Assembly: GCA_937873035.1 (NCBI GenBank)
Contig: CALMVA010000083.1
Span: 18,884-82,883 of the forward strand
Direction of reading: 5' to 3'
Source of the DNA: an uncultured Sphingomonadaceae bacterium
GTDB lineage: Bacteria; Pseudomonadota; Alphaproteobacteria; Sphingomonadales; Sphingomonadaceae
Length of the DNA: 64,000 bases
The translations under genes were made by a program, and so were the position numbers. A model generated the notes under the pieces. It made no database searches. It was not told the DNA's origin and worked only from the letters and a program-made list of their open reading frames with translations. Shown here one piece after another: positions 1 through 9,941 of this stretch; positions within the stretch are counted from its first letter, which is position 1; each line of letters begins with the position of its first letter.

Positions 1-59
1 GCGCGGAATATGACAAGATGGTCGCGATCATCGACCGCGTTCTGGCGGAGCAGAAATAG
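1..59 (+). CDS. 3' end of a gene entering from outside the window (…AEYDKMVAIIDRVLAEQK*)
   Basis: Open frame from position 3 to TAG at 57-59; product not identifiable. Confidence 0.5.
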   Translation, partial: AEYDKMVAIIDRVLAEQK

Positions 60-86
60 GGGGATTCCTGCCGCCCCTCCCCGAAC

Positions 87-253
87 CGTCAAGCCAGCGA
101 AGGCTCGCATCTTGCGTGTCTGGACCATCAGCCCTCAGCCTGCGCTGGCGTGACGCATTGGCGGGTCGCACGCGATTTTCACGCCGTCATGCCAGCGAAG
201 GCTGGCATCTCATGCGCGCAGACGGAGAGACCCCAGCCTTCGCTGGGGTGACG
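87..253. repeat. REP/BIME-like palindromic cluster, family A (CGTCAyyCCAGCGAAGGCTGG)
   Basis: Inverted pair cgtcatgccagcgaaggctggcatctc (185-211) / gagaccccagccttcgctggggtgacg (227-253), a degenerate pair at 87-157, and the same units at 17743-17902. Confidence 0.85.
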
Positions 254-336
254 GGTTGGATGTGGCTTGGCAAAGTCATCCGCCAAGCTGAAACAAGTTC
301 AGCATGGCGATTTGGTTGGACGCCCGGCGGCGACGG

Positions 337-1611
337 TCAGGCCGCCGCGTCGCCTGCGGCTTCCTTGGCTTTCTTGGCGTAAACGCGCACCGGCTCCTTC
401 GTGCCCGCGACAACATCCTTGTCGATCATCACCTGATCGACATCTTCCATCGACGGCAGATCGAACATGGTGTCGAGCAATATGCCTTCGAGAATCGAGC
501 GGAGGCCGCGCGCGCCGGTCTTGCGTTCAATAGCGCGCTTGGCCACCGCCGTCAGCGCGTCGTCGGTGAAGTCGAGCTCGACTTCTTCCATGTCGAACAG
601 CTTCTTATACTGCTTCACCAGCGCGTTCTTTGGCTCGATCAGGATCTTCACGAGCGCATCGACATCAAGGTCTTCCAGCGTCGCGATAACGGGCAGACGG
701 CCCACAAATTCCGGGATGAGGCCGTATTTCAGCAAATCTTCCGGCTCGCCCTGCTTCAGAATGTCGCCCGTGCGGCGTTCGTCCGGGGCCGAGACGTGCG
801 CGCCAAAGCCGATAGACTTGCCCTGCAAACGGTCTGCGATGATCTTTTCAAGCCCTGCAAAGGCGCCGCCGCAGATGAAGAGGATGTTGGTGGTATCGAC
901 CTGCAGGAATTCCTGCTGCGGATGCTTGCGCCCGCCCTGCGGCGGAACGCTGGCCACAGTGCCTTCCATCATCTTCAACAGCGCCTGCTGCACGCCTTCA
1001 CCCGAAACGTCGCGCGTGATCGACGGGTTTTCAGCCTTGCGGCTGATCTTGTCGATTTCGTCGATATAAACGATGCCGCGCTGCGCCCGCTCGACATTAT
1101 AGTCCGACGCCTGAAGCAGCTTGAGGATGATGTTTTCCACATCCTCGCCAACATAGCCCGCCTCGGTCAGCGTGGTCGCATCGGCCATGGTGAAGGGCAC
1201 GTCGAGAATACGGGCGAGCGTCTGGGCAAGCAGCGTCTTGCCGCAGCCGGTGGGGCCGACAAGCAGGATGTTCGACTTGGCGAGTTCAACGTCCGCACCC
1301 TTCGCCCCGTGGTTGAGACGCTTGTAATGGTTGTGGACCGCGACCGAGAGGACGCGCTTGGCGCGCACCTGCCCGATCACGTAATCGTCGAGGACACGGC
1401 AGATTTCCGCCGGGCTCGGCACGCCGCCATCCTTTTTGGAGACGAGCGCCGATTTGGTTTCTTCACGGATGATGTCGTTGCACAGGTCGACACATTCATC
1501 GCAGATGAACACGGTCGGGCCCGCAATCAGCTTGCGCACCTCATGCTGGGACTTGCCGCAGAAAGAGCAATAAAGCGTGCTCTTGGTGTCGCTGCCGCTC
1601 AACTTGGTCAT
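337..1611 (-). CDS. clpX: ATP-dependent Clp protease ATP-binding subunit ClpX
   Basis: N-terminal zinc finger [20 protein letters not shown], Walker [35 protein letters not shown] at 1611. Confidence 0.98.
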   Translation of the reverse strand: MTKLSGSDTKSTLYCSFCGKSQHEVRKLIAGPTVFICDECVDLCNDIIREETKSALVSKKDGGVPSPAEICRVLDDYVIGQVRAKRVLSVAVHNHYKRLNHGAKGADVELAKSNILLVGPTGCGKTLLAQTLARILDVPFTMADATTLTEAGYVGEDVENIILKLLQASDYNVERAQRGIVYIDEIDKISRKAENPSITRDVSGEGVQQALLKMMEGTVASVPPQGGRKHPQQEFLQVDTTNILFICGGAFAGLEKIIADRLQGKSIGFGAHVSAPDERRTGDILKQGEPEDLLKYGLIPEFVGRLPVIATLEDLDVDALVKILIEPKNALVKQYKKLFDMEEVELDFTDDALTAVAKRAIERKTGARGLRSILEGILLDTMFDLPSMEDVDQVMIDKDVVAGTKEPVRVYAKKAKEAAGDAAA

Positions 1612-1685
1612 CAAAACTTTCCCGCCAGATTAGCCGCCATGTTACAATCTCATTTCATAGCGGCAATGACTTAATTTCCACTAAC

Positions 1686-2306
1686 TTAGCTCGCGGCCTC
1701 GTCACCCGAAACCGGGCGCTTGTCGAACACCGCGTCAACAAGGCCAAAATCCTTGGCTTCGCTGGAGGTCATGAAATTGTCGCGTTCCATGGCCTTCTCG
1801 ATCGTCTCGATGTCCTTGCCCGTATATTGCGCGTAAAGTCGATTCATATTCGCACGGATACGGAGGATTTCCTGCGCCTGGATGGCGATGTCGGTCGCCT
1901 GGCCCTGCGCGCCGCCCGACGGCTGGTGGATCATGATGCGCGAATTGGTAAGCGCAACGCGCATCCCCGGTTCACCCGATGCCAGCAGGAAAGAGCCCAT
2001 GGAAGCTGCCTGACCAACGCACACCGTGCCCACCTTGGGGCGGATATACTGCATCGTATCATGGATCGCCATGCCGGCCGTCACCACCCCGCCCGGCGAG
2101 TTGATGTACATCCAGATGTCCTTTTTGGGGTTTTCTGATTCAAGGAAGAGCAACTGGGCGACGATGACCGAGGCCATATTGTCCTCAATGCCGCCCGTCA
2201 CGAAGACGATGCGCTCACGCAGCAGGCGCGAGTAGATGTCGAAGCTGCGCTCCCCGCGGTTCGATTGTTCGATAACGATGGGGATCAGCGCGTCGTGCGG
2301 ATGCAT
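1686..2306 (-). CDS. clpP: ATP-dependent Clp protease proteolytic subunit ClpP
   Basis: [33 protein letters not shown]; adjacent to clpX. Start refined to ATG 2306. Confidence 0.97.
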   Translation of the reverse strand: MHPHDALIPIVIEQSNRGERSFDIYSRLLRERIVFVTGGIEDNMASVIVAQLLFLESENPKKDIWMYINSPGGVVTAGMAIHDTMQYIRPKVGTVCVGQAASMGSFLLASGEPGMRVALTNSRIMIHQPSGGAQGQATDIAIQAQEILRIRANMNRLYAQYTGKDIETIEKAMERDNFMTSSEAKDFGLVDAVFDKRPVSGDEAAS

Positions 2307-2337
2307 GGACAGTCCTTTGCTCTTTTCGTGTTCTGAC

Positions 2338-3864
2338 TTATTTCGGGGTCCGGCCCGAAAGTTCAACCCCTGATGTTGAATCGGTTTCGTGGCGTATGGC
2401 GTAAAGCCGCGAGGTTGGCCCGGTATAAATGGGCGTCAACCACGAAAGTGCGGCGGCAGGGGCTTCTGTTTCCCACATCCAGATATAATCAAAGCGGTCA
2501 CGCGGAACCTCGCGCAAGAAGCGGCGGACGCGAAAACCGGGGCAGCCAAAGGCCGGATTGAAGAGGTCAACCGTGCGCGAGTCATTGAAGCCGTGCACAT
2601 CATTGTAGATGGGCTTCATCAGATGCTGGCCGGGAATATCCCATTCGGTATTCACAAAGGCATGGCGCCGCACGATGGCAAGGCTGGGCGCGTGGTTGCG
2701 GCCCGCAAGCGGCCAGACGCCACACTCGCTGCTATGCGCCAAAACCGCGATGCGCGCGCCCATTGGCACCCGATCAAGCGCCTTCAGATCGGCCTCCATT
2801 TCGGCACCGCGCGTCATCCAGCCGATTGAGGTTTCGCCGATGCGCAACAGGAAGAGCGCGGCGCCCGCCAGCCCAACAAGAGCCGCCTCGCGCTTTGGCA
2901 GGCCAGAAATGGCGAGCAGCGCCACCATCAGCATCGGCGCATAAAGGCGGACATCGGCAAAATAGGAGCTGAGCACGAGCGCAGGCAGGACAAGCGCCGT
3001 CACCAGCAGCGCAAGCGCGGCCAGCCGCAACCCCGCATTACGGGTGAAGCGCTTGTCCCAATGGAGCCATAAAGTCGCCATCAGCAGCAGCGTGATCGAG
3101 GCGTTGTCAAAAATCTGCCATTCTGCACGCAGCAGATTGGGGATGCCGTAGATTTTCTCCATCGGCAGCCATTTTTCAAACAACACGCCGCTGCCTTTGG
3201 TGACGCGCCATACCATCATCGGGATGATCGGCGAGGCCCAGGGCAGCATATTGCCCACAAAACCCCGCAGCGACGTGCGGCGCACATATTCCAGCCCCGC
3301 AATCACCAGCCCCAGCACACCCCAGGCCGAGGTGTGGCAGAGCCAGACGAGCAGCCCCATCGCAAAGGCATAGAGATGGCGCGCAACAGCGGGACCATCG
3401 CGAACGCCGATCCACCCCGCCACAACATGGAAGACCAGCGCGATGCCCAGCCAATAGTTCACAAAGCCATGGTTGAAGGTGAACGACCAGATGAGCGGCA
3501 GCGCGACATAGGTGGCGGCAGGCACATAGCCGTGCACCGCCTTTGCCAGCCGATAAAGCCCCAAAACCATCAGCGGCGGGATGCAGGCGGCAAGAAAATA
3601 GGCCGCCTTTTCCGTCCCCATCAGCGGGCCGAAAACGACCATCAGCAGGTCAAAACCGAGATTGCCGGTAATGTGCCAGTCAAAGGCGTAATATTGGCTG
3701 AGCCAAGGGTCCGCCTCATTGTTCATCACATGATAGCGGCCGATATGCGTGAACAGATCAGGCAGAATCGGCAGCGGCGCAACCATGAAGGGCACCGCCG
3801 ACGCGATGGCGAGAAACAGCCATATGGCCCGCTCCCGCGCGGGCGTAACCCCCAATAATGTCAT
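2338..3864 (-). CDS. Polytopic membrane protein, possible GT-C-fold glycosyltransferase
   Basis: 508 aa with many TM segments, an early acidic DLFTH motif and a soluble C-terminal part; directly downstream of a GT2 gene. Confidence 0.6.
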   Translation of the reverse strand: MTLLGVTPARERAIWLFLAIASAVPFMVAPLPILPDLFTHIGRYHVMNNEADPWLSQYYAFDWHITGNLGFDLLMVVFGPLMGTEKAAYFLAACIPPLMVLGLYRLAKAVHGYVPAATYVALPLIWSFTFNHGFVNYWLGIALVFHVVAGWIGVRDGPAVARHLYAFAMGLLVWLCHTSAWGVLGLVIAGLEYVRRTSLRGFVGNMLPWASPIIPMMVWRVTKGSGVLFEKWLPMEKIYGIPNLLRAEWQIFDNASITLLLMATLWLHWDKRFTRNAGLRLAALALLVTALVLPALVLSSYFADVRLYAPMLMVALLAISGLPKREAALVGLAGAALFLLRIGETSIGWMTRGAEMEADLKALDRVPMGARIAVLAHSSECGVWPLAGRNHAPSLAIVRRHAFVNTEWDIPGQHLMKPIYNDVHGFNDSRTVDLFNPAFGCPGFRVRRFLREVPRDRFDYIWMWETEAPAAALSWLTPIYTGPTSRLYAIRHETDSTSGVELSGRTPK

Positions 3865-3874
3865 GAGGCCGGGA

Positions 3875-4801
3875 CTACACCGGGTAAGCGAGATAGGCCA
3901 GACGCCTCATCTCGCGGCGACCGCGCACGACCGTATCGAGAATGAGCCCGCAAAACCCGTTGAGAAAGGCCAGCAGCATCATCCCCATTGCGAGCACTGC
4001 CGTTGGCAGGCGCGGCACAAGGCCCGTCTCGAAATAGGTGACGAACAGGGGCACGCTGATGCCAATGGCGATAAACGCCAGCAGCCCGCCGATCAGCCCG
4101 AAAAAGGCGAGCGGCTTTTCAATGCGGAAGAGCGTGAGGATCGTCATCAGGATGCGCCAGCCATCACGGTAGGTGCTGAGCTTGGATTCGGAGCCTTCGG
4201 GCCGCGCGGCATAGGCCGTGATGCGCTCAGCGACCGGCATCCGCAGCTCAAGCGCATGAACGCTGATTTCGGTTTCAATCTCAAAACCTTCAGACAGCAC
4301 CGGGAAGCTTTTGACAAAACGGCGCGAAAAGACGCGATAGCCCGAAAGAATATCGGTGAAGGTCCGGCCAAACAGCCAGGCGAGCATCCCCGTGAGCATC
4401 GCATTGCCCAGCCGGTGCCCGCGCCGGTAGGCGGCGTCCACTTCGGATTTGCGCGCGCCGACCACCATATCGAGTTGGTCGTCGACCAGCAGTGAAATAA
4501 GCCCCGGAGCGGCGGCTGCCTCATAGGTCGCATCGCCATCGGCCATCACGTAAATATCGGCATCAATGTCGGCGAACATCCGGCGCACGACATTGCCCTT
4601 GCCCTGCATCCGCTCGGTCCGCACGACGGCGCCTGCGGTCCGCGCCACCTCTACCGTCGCATCGGTGCTGTTATTGTCATAGACATAGATTGTCGCCTCA
4701 GGCAGCGCGGCACGAAAATCGGCAACGGTCTGCGCAATGGCGGCGGCTTCGTTATAGCAGGGCAGCAGAACGGCGACCCGTGATGATGTCGTGGAAGTCA
4801 T
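3875..4801 (-). CDS. Glycosyltransferase family 2 (GtrB/DPM-synthase-like) with two C-terminal TM helices
   Basis: VLLPCYNE, YDNNSTD, ADGDATY, DILSGYRVFSR, FEIETE. Confidence 0.92.
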   Translation of the reverse strand: MTSTTSSRVAVLLPCYNEAAAIAQTVADFRAALPEATIYVYDNNSTDATVEVARTAGAVVRTERMQGKGNVVRRMFADIDADIYVMADGDATYEAAAAPGLISLLVDDQLDMVVGARKSEVDAAYRRGHRLGNAMLTGMLAWLFGRTFTDILSGYRVFSRRFVKSFPVLSEGFEIETEISVHALELRMPVAERITAYAARPEGSESKLSTYRDGWRILMTILTLFRIEKPLAFFGLIGGLLAFIAIGISVPLFVTYFETGLVPRLPTAVLAMGMMLLAFLNGFCGLILDTVVRGRREMRRLAYLAYPV

Positions 4802-4838
4802 GGCGCGGTCCCCTAGCGCGGCAACAGGCAAATTTCGA

Positions 4839-5792
4839 TTAATTTCGCGCAAGGCGCGCGGCGATCCATGCCGAGATCGTCAGCTGCAATTGATGGTAGA
4901 GCATCAGCGGAATGACGATCATCCCTGCCTGTGCTGCCGGAAACAGGATGCGCGCCATCGGTGCGCCCGTCGCCAAACTCTTGTGCGCGCCGGAAAAAAG
5001 CAGCGTGATGCGGTCTTCGCGCTTGAGGCCGATGAGGCCGCCCAGCATCCATGCGCCCGCAAAGGCCAGTGCGAGCAGGCCCAGCACAACAGCAAACAGG
5101 CGCAGCATCTCAGCACCATCGAGCCGCCCCCACAGCCCTTCATTCACCGCCGCGCTGAAGGCGACATAAACCGTGATGAGGATGGTCGTGCGATCAAGCC
5201 TGCCGATCCACGCGCGGTTGCGCTCTGCCCAGGCGGCGAGCCAGTGACGCGCGATCTGGCCGAGCGCGAAGGGCAGCAGAAGCAGCAAGGCAATCCGCCC
5301 CACCGTTGAAAGATCGCCCGACCCGCCGCCGATATGGGCGAGTGCTGCAAAGATAAGCGGCGTCAGGATGACGCCGGACAGGTTGGACACGGCCGAGGCG
5401 ATCACCGACGCTGCGACATTGCCCTTGGCCATCGACGCAGAGGCAATTGCCGCCTGCACGGTGGACGGCAGCGCGCACAGAAAGAAGATGCCCAGCCACA
5501 ATTCGGGCGAGAGCATCCCCGGCACCAGCGCCGAGGCGGCCAGCCCCAGCAACGGCAATGCGCCATAAACAAAACCCAGCACGGCCAGCTGGAGCCGCCA
5601 ATGCTTCAGCCCCGCCCACACCGCCTCATGCGCCAGCCGCAGGCCATGGAAAAAGAAGAGGCTGAAAATCGCGGCGTTTGACACCACGGAAACAACCGCC
5701 AACCCCTGCCCCTTGGCCGGCAGCAAGGTCGCAATTCCAATGGTTGCGAGCAGCAGCAGGATGAACTTGTCGGGAAGAAGGCGAGCGAGCAT
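4839..5792 (-). CDS. Bile acid:sodium symporter family protein
   Basis: FFFHGLRL, LPSTVQAA, AKGNVAA, FSGAHKSLATG; hydrophobic throughout. Confidence 0.88.
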   Translation of the reverse strand: MLARLLPDKFILLLLATIGIATLLPAKGQGLAVVSVVSNAAIFSLFFFHGLRLAHEAVWAGLKHWRLQLAVLGFVYGALPLLGLAASALVPGMLSPELWLGIFFLCALPSTVQAAIASASMAKGNVAASVIASAVSNLSGVILTPLIFAALAHIGGGSGDLSTVGRIALLLLLPFALGQIARHWLAAWAERNRAWIGRLDRTTILITVYVAFSAAVNEGLWGRLDGAEMLRLFAVVLGLLALAFAGAWMLGGLIGLKREDRITLLFSGAHKSLATGAPMARILFPAAQAGMIVIPLMLYHQLQLTISAWIAARLARN

Positions 5793-5878
5793 TGCCGGGG
5801 CTGTAGCCGAGCTTGCCGCAACGCACAAATTGAGCTAGGGCGCGGGCGAAATCAGTCCCTCCTAAAACCGAGATACGC

Positions 5879-7699
5879 ATGAGCCTCCGCAACGTGGCCA
5901 TTATCGCGCACGTCGATCATGGCAAGACGACCCTTGTTGACCAACTGTTCCGCCAGTCAGGCACCTTCCGCGACAACCAGCGCGTGGAAGAGCGCGCCAT
6001 GGATTCGAACGACCTTGAAAAGGAACGCGGGATCACGATTCTCGCCAAGTGCACCTCGGTCGAGTGGGAAGGCAACCGCATCAACATCGTCGATACGCCC
6101 GGCCACGCCGACTTTGGCGGCGAAGTGGAGCGCATCCTCTCGATGGTCGATGGCGTCATCCTGCTTGTCGATTCGTCCGAAGGCGCGATGCCGCAGACCA
6201 AATTTGTGACCGGCAAGGCGCTGGCGCTCGGCCTGCGCCCCATCGTCGTCGTCAACAAGATCGACCGTCCCGACGAGCGTATTCAGGAAGTGCTCGACGA
6301 AGTGTTCGACCTGTTCGTCTCATTGGACGCGACCGACGAGCAGCTGGACTTCCCCGTGCTCTATGCGTCCGGCCGCAACGGCTATTGCAACCTTTCGCCT
6401 GAACTGCGCGAAGGCACGCTGACGCCGATGTTTGAAACCATCGTCCGCCACGTTCCCCAACCCAAGGCAGACGAAGACGGCCCCTTCAAGTTCCTCGTGA
6501 CGCTGCTGGATCGCGACAACTTCCTTGGCCGCATCCTGACCGGTCGTGTCGACAGCGGCACGGTTAAAACCAACATGGCGATCCATGCGCTCGACCCCGA
6601 TGGCAAGGTTATTGAACAGGGCCGTGCATCGAAGATCCTCGCCTTCCGCGGTCTGGAACGTGTTCCGGTTGAAGAGGCCAAGGCTGGCGACATCATCTCC
6701 ATCGCGGGCATGACGACCGCGACCGTGGCCAACACGATTTGCGACATCTCGGTAACCGATCCGATCGCCGCCCAGCCGATCGACCCGCCGACGCTCTCGA
6801 TGCGCTTTGCCGTGAACGATTCGCCCATGGCCGGCCGCGAAGGCACCAAGGTAACGAGCCGCATGATCCGTGACCGTCTGTTCCGTGAAGCGGAATCGAA
6901 CGTTGCGATCAAGGTGACCGAAAGCGCCGACAAGGACAGCTTTGAAGTCGCCGGTCGCGGCGAACTTCAGCTTGGCGTGCTTATCGAAACGATGCGCCGC
7001 GAAGGCTTTGAACTCGGCATTTCGCGTCCGCGCGTTCTGTTCCGCGAGGAAGACGGCCAGAGGACAGAGCCGTATGAAACCGTCGTCATCGACGTGGACG
7101 ATGAATTCTCCGGCACCGTCATCGACAAGATGAACATCCGCAAGGCAGAAATGACCGATATGCGCCCCTCTGGCGGCGGCAAGACGCGCATCACCTTCTC
7201 GGCGCCCTCGCGCGGCCTCATTGGCTATCACGGTGAATTCCTGTCCGACACGCGCGGCACGGGCATCATGAACCGGCTGTTCGAAAAATATGGCCCGCAC
7301 AAGGGCAAGATCGAAGGCCGCAAGAACGGCGTGCTCATCTCGAATGGCGCGGGCGAAGCGAACTCCTACGCGCTCGGCCCGCTTGAAGAGCGCGGCATCC
7401 TGTTCGTCACCCATGGTGAAGCGCTGTATGAAGGCATGATCGTGGGCGAAAACGCCAAGACGGATGACCTTGAAGTCAATCCGATGAAGGCAAAGCAGCT
7501 CACCAACTTCCGCGCCTCAGGCGGCAAAGACGATGCCATCCGCCTCACCCCGCCCAAGCGGATGACGCTGGAACAGGCGATTGCCTATATCGACGATGAC
7601 GAACTCGTCGAGGTGACACCCAAGAACATCCGCCTGCGCAAGGTCCATCTCGACCCGCATGAGCGCAAGAAGGCCAGCCGCGCCAAGGCTGCCGCCTGA
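5879..7699 (+). CDS. typA: Translational GTPase TypA/BipA
   Basis: [42 protein letters not shown]-terminal [11 protein letters not shown]. Confidence 0.98.
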   Translation: MSLRNVAIIAHVDHGKTTLVDQLFRQSGTFRDNQRVEERAMDSNDLEKERGITILAKCTSVEWEGNRINIVDTPGHADFGGEVERILSMVDGVILLVDSSEGAMPQTKFVTGKALALGLRPIVVVNKIDRPDERIQEVLDEVFDLFVSLDATDEQLDFPVLYASGRNGYCNLSPELREGTLTPMFETIVRHVPQPKADEDGPFKFLVTLLDRDNFLGRILTGRVDSGTVKTNMAIHALDPDGKVIEQGRASKILAFRGLERVPVEEAKAGDIISIAGMTTATVANTICDISVTDPIAAQPIDPPTLSMRFAVNDSPMAGREGTKVTSRMIRDRLFREAESNVAIKVTESADKDSFEVAGRGELQLGVLIETMRREGFELGISRPRVLFREEDGQRTEPYETVVIDVDDEFSGTVIDKMNIRKAEMTDMRPSGGGKTRITFSAPSRGLIGYHGEFLSDTRGTGIMNRLFEKYGPHKGKIEGRKNGVLISNGAGEANSYALGPLEERGILFVTHGEALYEGMIVGENAKTDDLEVNPMKAKQLTNFRASGGKDDAIRLTPPKRMTLEQAIAYIDDDELVEVTPKNIRLRKVHLDPHERKKASRAKAAA

Positions 7700-7718
7700 T
7701 GACAGGGCAGCCCTGCTG

Positions 7719-8603
7719 ATGCAGGCGGGGCTGCCGCGTCTTCACCTCCTCGCCGCCGTGCTCGTCATGGCGGTCTGGGGGTCCAACTTCGTCGTCATCC
7801 GCATCGCGCTCGACAGCTTTCCCCCGCTGTTGCTCGCCGCATTGCGCTATACACTCGCCTTTTTTCCGGCCGCGCTCTTCCTCAAGCGCCCCAATGTGCC
7901 GCTGCGCAATCTGGCGGCCTATGGCCTGCTGATCGGCGGCGGCCAGTTCGGGCTGCTCTTCATCGCCATGAAGTCGGACATCACGCCCGGCCTCGCCTCG
8001 CTGGTGGTGCAGACGCAGGTCATCTTCACCATCCTCTTCTCGCTGCTGCTGCATGGAGAGAAGGTCCGCCCCTTCCAGCTTGGCGCACTCGCCATGGCGC
8101 TGGCCGGGCTTGGCATCATCCTGACGCATACCGACGGGCACACGACGCCGCTCGGCCTTGCGCTTGTCATCGGCGCGGCAATCAGCTGGTCCAGCGGCAA
8201 TATGGTCTCGCGGGCCGCCGGTCAGGTGAATATGCTCGCCTACGTCGTCTGGGCGAGCCTCTTTGCCATTCCGCTGCTCTTTGGCCTCGCCTTTCTTGTA
8301 GAGGGGCCGCAGGCGATTGTTACCAGCCTCGCCCATGCAGGCGCGGGTGCTTGGGCAGCGGCGGCATGGCAGGCCTTGGGCAACACGATGTTCGGCTATG
8401 CGGTGTGGGGCTGGCTGCTTGCCCGGCATCCGGCCGCGCAAGTGGCCCCGCTGGCATTGCTTGTGCCAGTGTTCGGGATGCTCTCTTCCACGCTCATCCT
8501 CGGCGAGCCGCTGCAAGACTGGAAAATCCTCGCAGCCGCCCTGGTGATGGGCGGGCTTGTGACCAGCATCCTCTGGCCACAGGTTAAGATGCAGCTGCGC
8601 TAA
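7719..8603 (+). CDS. EamA/DMT family transporter
   Basis: VWGSNFVVI…PPLLLAALRY, two EamA repeats, about 10 TM. Start refined to ATG 7719. Confidence 0.9.
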   Translation: MQAGLPRLHLLAAVLVMAVWGSNFVVIRIALDSFPPLLLAALRYTLAFFPAALFLKRPNVPLRNLAAYGLLIGGGQFGLLFIAMKSDITPGLASLVVQTQVIFTILFSLLLHGEKVRPFQLGALAMALAGLGIILTHTDGHTTPLGLALVIGAAISWSSGNMVSRAAGQVNMLAYVVWASLFAIPLLFGLAFLVEGPQAIVTSLAHAGAGAWAAAAWQALGNTMFGYAVWGWLLARHPAAQVAPLALLVPVFGMLSSTLILGEPLQDWKILAAALVMGGLVTSILWPQVKMQLR

Positions 8604-8632
8604 AGCCCACTACACACATTCAGAAAATCGCC

Positions 8633-8767
8633 GCCTTCGCAATACGGGCCGGGTTTTACCAGGCACGGTAGGGGAACCATTCCCGCACTGCGAAGGCAGA
8701 CGAGACGGTCAGGGCGATCCTAGTTTTGAGGGTGGATGTCCTGACCGCCCTTCGGAGCGACCCGAAG
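8633..8767 (-). ncRNA. Three-hairpin structured RNA candidate (IS110 bridge-RNA-like, unverified)
   Basis: Stems 8750-55/8762-67 (6 bp), 8704-13/8740-49 (10 bp) and 8633-48/8682-97 (16 bp). The three non-WC positions are G-U on the minus strand and would be C-A on the plus strand. Confidence 0.6.
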
Positions 8768-8792
8768 CCCAGTTTCCTGTCACGCCGAAAAT

Positions 8793-8894
8793 TTACCGGA
8801 TACGGACCTGATAGAGATCATAGGCCAGCAGCATCGCCGACATCAGTGCGACCAAAATTAGCCAATCAATGATCCGCGCGACCTTCCGGTTCAT
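8793..8894 (-). CDS. 33-aa single-TM small protein MNRKVARIIDWLILVALMSAMLLAYDLYQVRIR
   Basis: ATG 8894 preceded by GGGGGCAAA, hydrophobic core with basic ends; below the ORF-track length cutoff. Confidence 0.45.
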   Translation of the reverse strand: MNRKVARIIDWLILVALMSAMLLAYDLYQVRIR

Positions 8895-8950
8895 TTTGCC
8901 CCCACGCAAAACAGGTATAACTTTGATTCTTTAAGAGATTTTTTGACCAC

Positions 8951-9054
8951 GGTTCAAAATTGAACCCATCCCCCCCCCGATCAAGCTGCCGGTTCCTAGC
9001 GAAGGAATTTTTTTTCGCGCACCCCAATATTAGGGGATGCGCCCGCTTTTTTTT
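8951..9054 (+). ncRNA. sRNA / tandem terminator candidate with a C-run
   Basis: Perfect hairpin ggttcaa/ttgaacc (8951-66), poly-C at about 8970-78, ttcct/aggaa plus T8 (8993-9015), gcgcacccc/ggggatgcgc plus T8 (9017-9054). Confidence 0.35.
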
Positions 9055-9103
9055 GCCGGGATGAACGCGGCGGCGAGGCGCAAAATGCACCAGCCGGGCA
9101 CAA

Positions 9104-9841
9104 ATGACACGGGGCGCGTATATGTTCAGCGGCAGAAGTTTCACGACCACACCGTCAAGCGGTGCACAGGGTTTCAAGCACAACGATCACAACGCGTCGC
9201 GACAAGCAACCGCCATGCCGATCGCCGTTGCGCTCTCTGTTTCGCACAGCCTGGCACCGGCGCTGGATGCCGAGGACGCCTTTTGGAGCGGATTGAGCGT
9301 GGGGCGTGCGGATCGCGCGCTGTTTCTTCTCGCAGCAGATGGCAGCCTGATCCGCGCCAACGACAAAGCCCGGTCGCTGATCGACGCAGACAATTTTCTG
9401 GCGCTGTCTCTGGGAAAACTCATATGCGCGGATCCGCGCGAGCAATGCCGATTTCGCACTATCATTGAAACGTGTGCAAGCGGCGAGCGCCAATCGGGCG
9501 CGATGCGCCTCGACGGGCATCTTGTCGTCACGATTGACAGCGTTCGCCATCATGCCTGCGCGCGCGCAGCCGCTGACCAACGCATCCTCATTTCCGCCTA
9601 TCCGGCAGAGGAATGTCGCCATGGAACGCAGGAACGCTGGCGTGACCTTTTTCTCCTCACCCGGTCAGAAGCACGCGTTGCAGAATTCATGCGCCGCGGC
9701 ATGGACGATCAGACCATCGCCGATCTCCTCCATCTCTCGGTTCACACGGTGCGCAGCTATTCAAAGGGCGTGCATCTTAAAACGCAGACCAAGTCTCGCG
9801 CTGAAGTCGCCCACCTGCTGTCGCGGATCGACATTTTCTGA
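9104..9841 (+). CDS. LuxR-family HTH transcriptional regulator (PAS-like middle region)
   Basis: C-terminal LTRSEARVAEFMRRGMDDQTIADLLHLSVHTVRSYSKGVHLKTQTKSRAEV; start uncertain (ATG 9122 possible). Confidence 0.8.
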   Translation: MTRGAYMFSGRSFTTTPSSGAQGFKHNDHNASRQATAMPIAVALSVSHSLAPALDAEDAFWSGLSVGRADRALFLLAADGSLIRANDKARSLIDADNFLALSLGKLICADPREQCRFRTIIETCASGERQSGAMRLDGHLVVTIDSVRHHACARAAADQRILISAYPAEECRHGTQERWRDLFLLTRSEARVAEFMRRGMDDQTIADLLHLSVHTVRSYSKGVHLKTQTKSRAEVAHLLSRIDIF

Positions 9842-9941
9842 AAACGCGAAAAGCGCGCATGGGAACGATCATCGTCGGCACAGCCGTCGCGTTGTGCGTT
9901 TGTCTACGCGTTGAACTGAGACTGACACGGCATCTGGAGGG

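Noticed and set aside
304-1674. Long antisense ORFs (also 6320-7414, 14814-16022, 47410-48855, 50098-51288, 55034-56935 and others)
   Set aside because: Shadow frames of well-supported genes in GC-rich DNA, with no recognisable motifs.
8633-8767. 6S RNA, SRP RNA, tmRNA or RNase P identity
   Set aside because: Their conserved motifs and usual gene contexts are absent.
8991-8999. GGTTCCTAG as a donor/target junction of the putative bridge RNA
   Set aside because: Wrong strand and side for an integrated element, and short enough to be chance.
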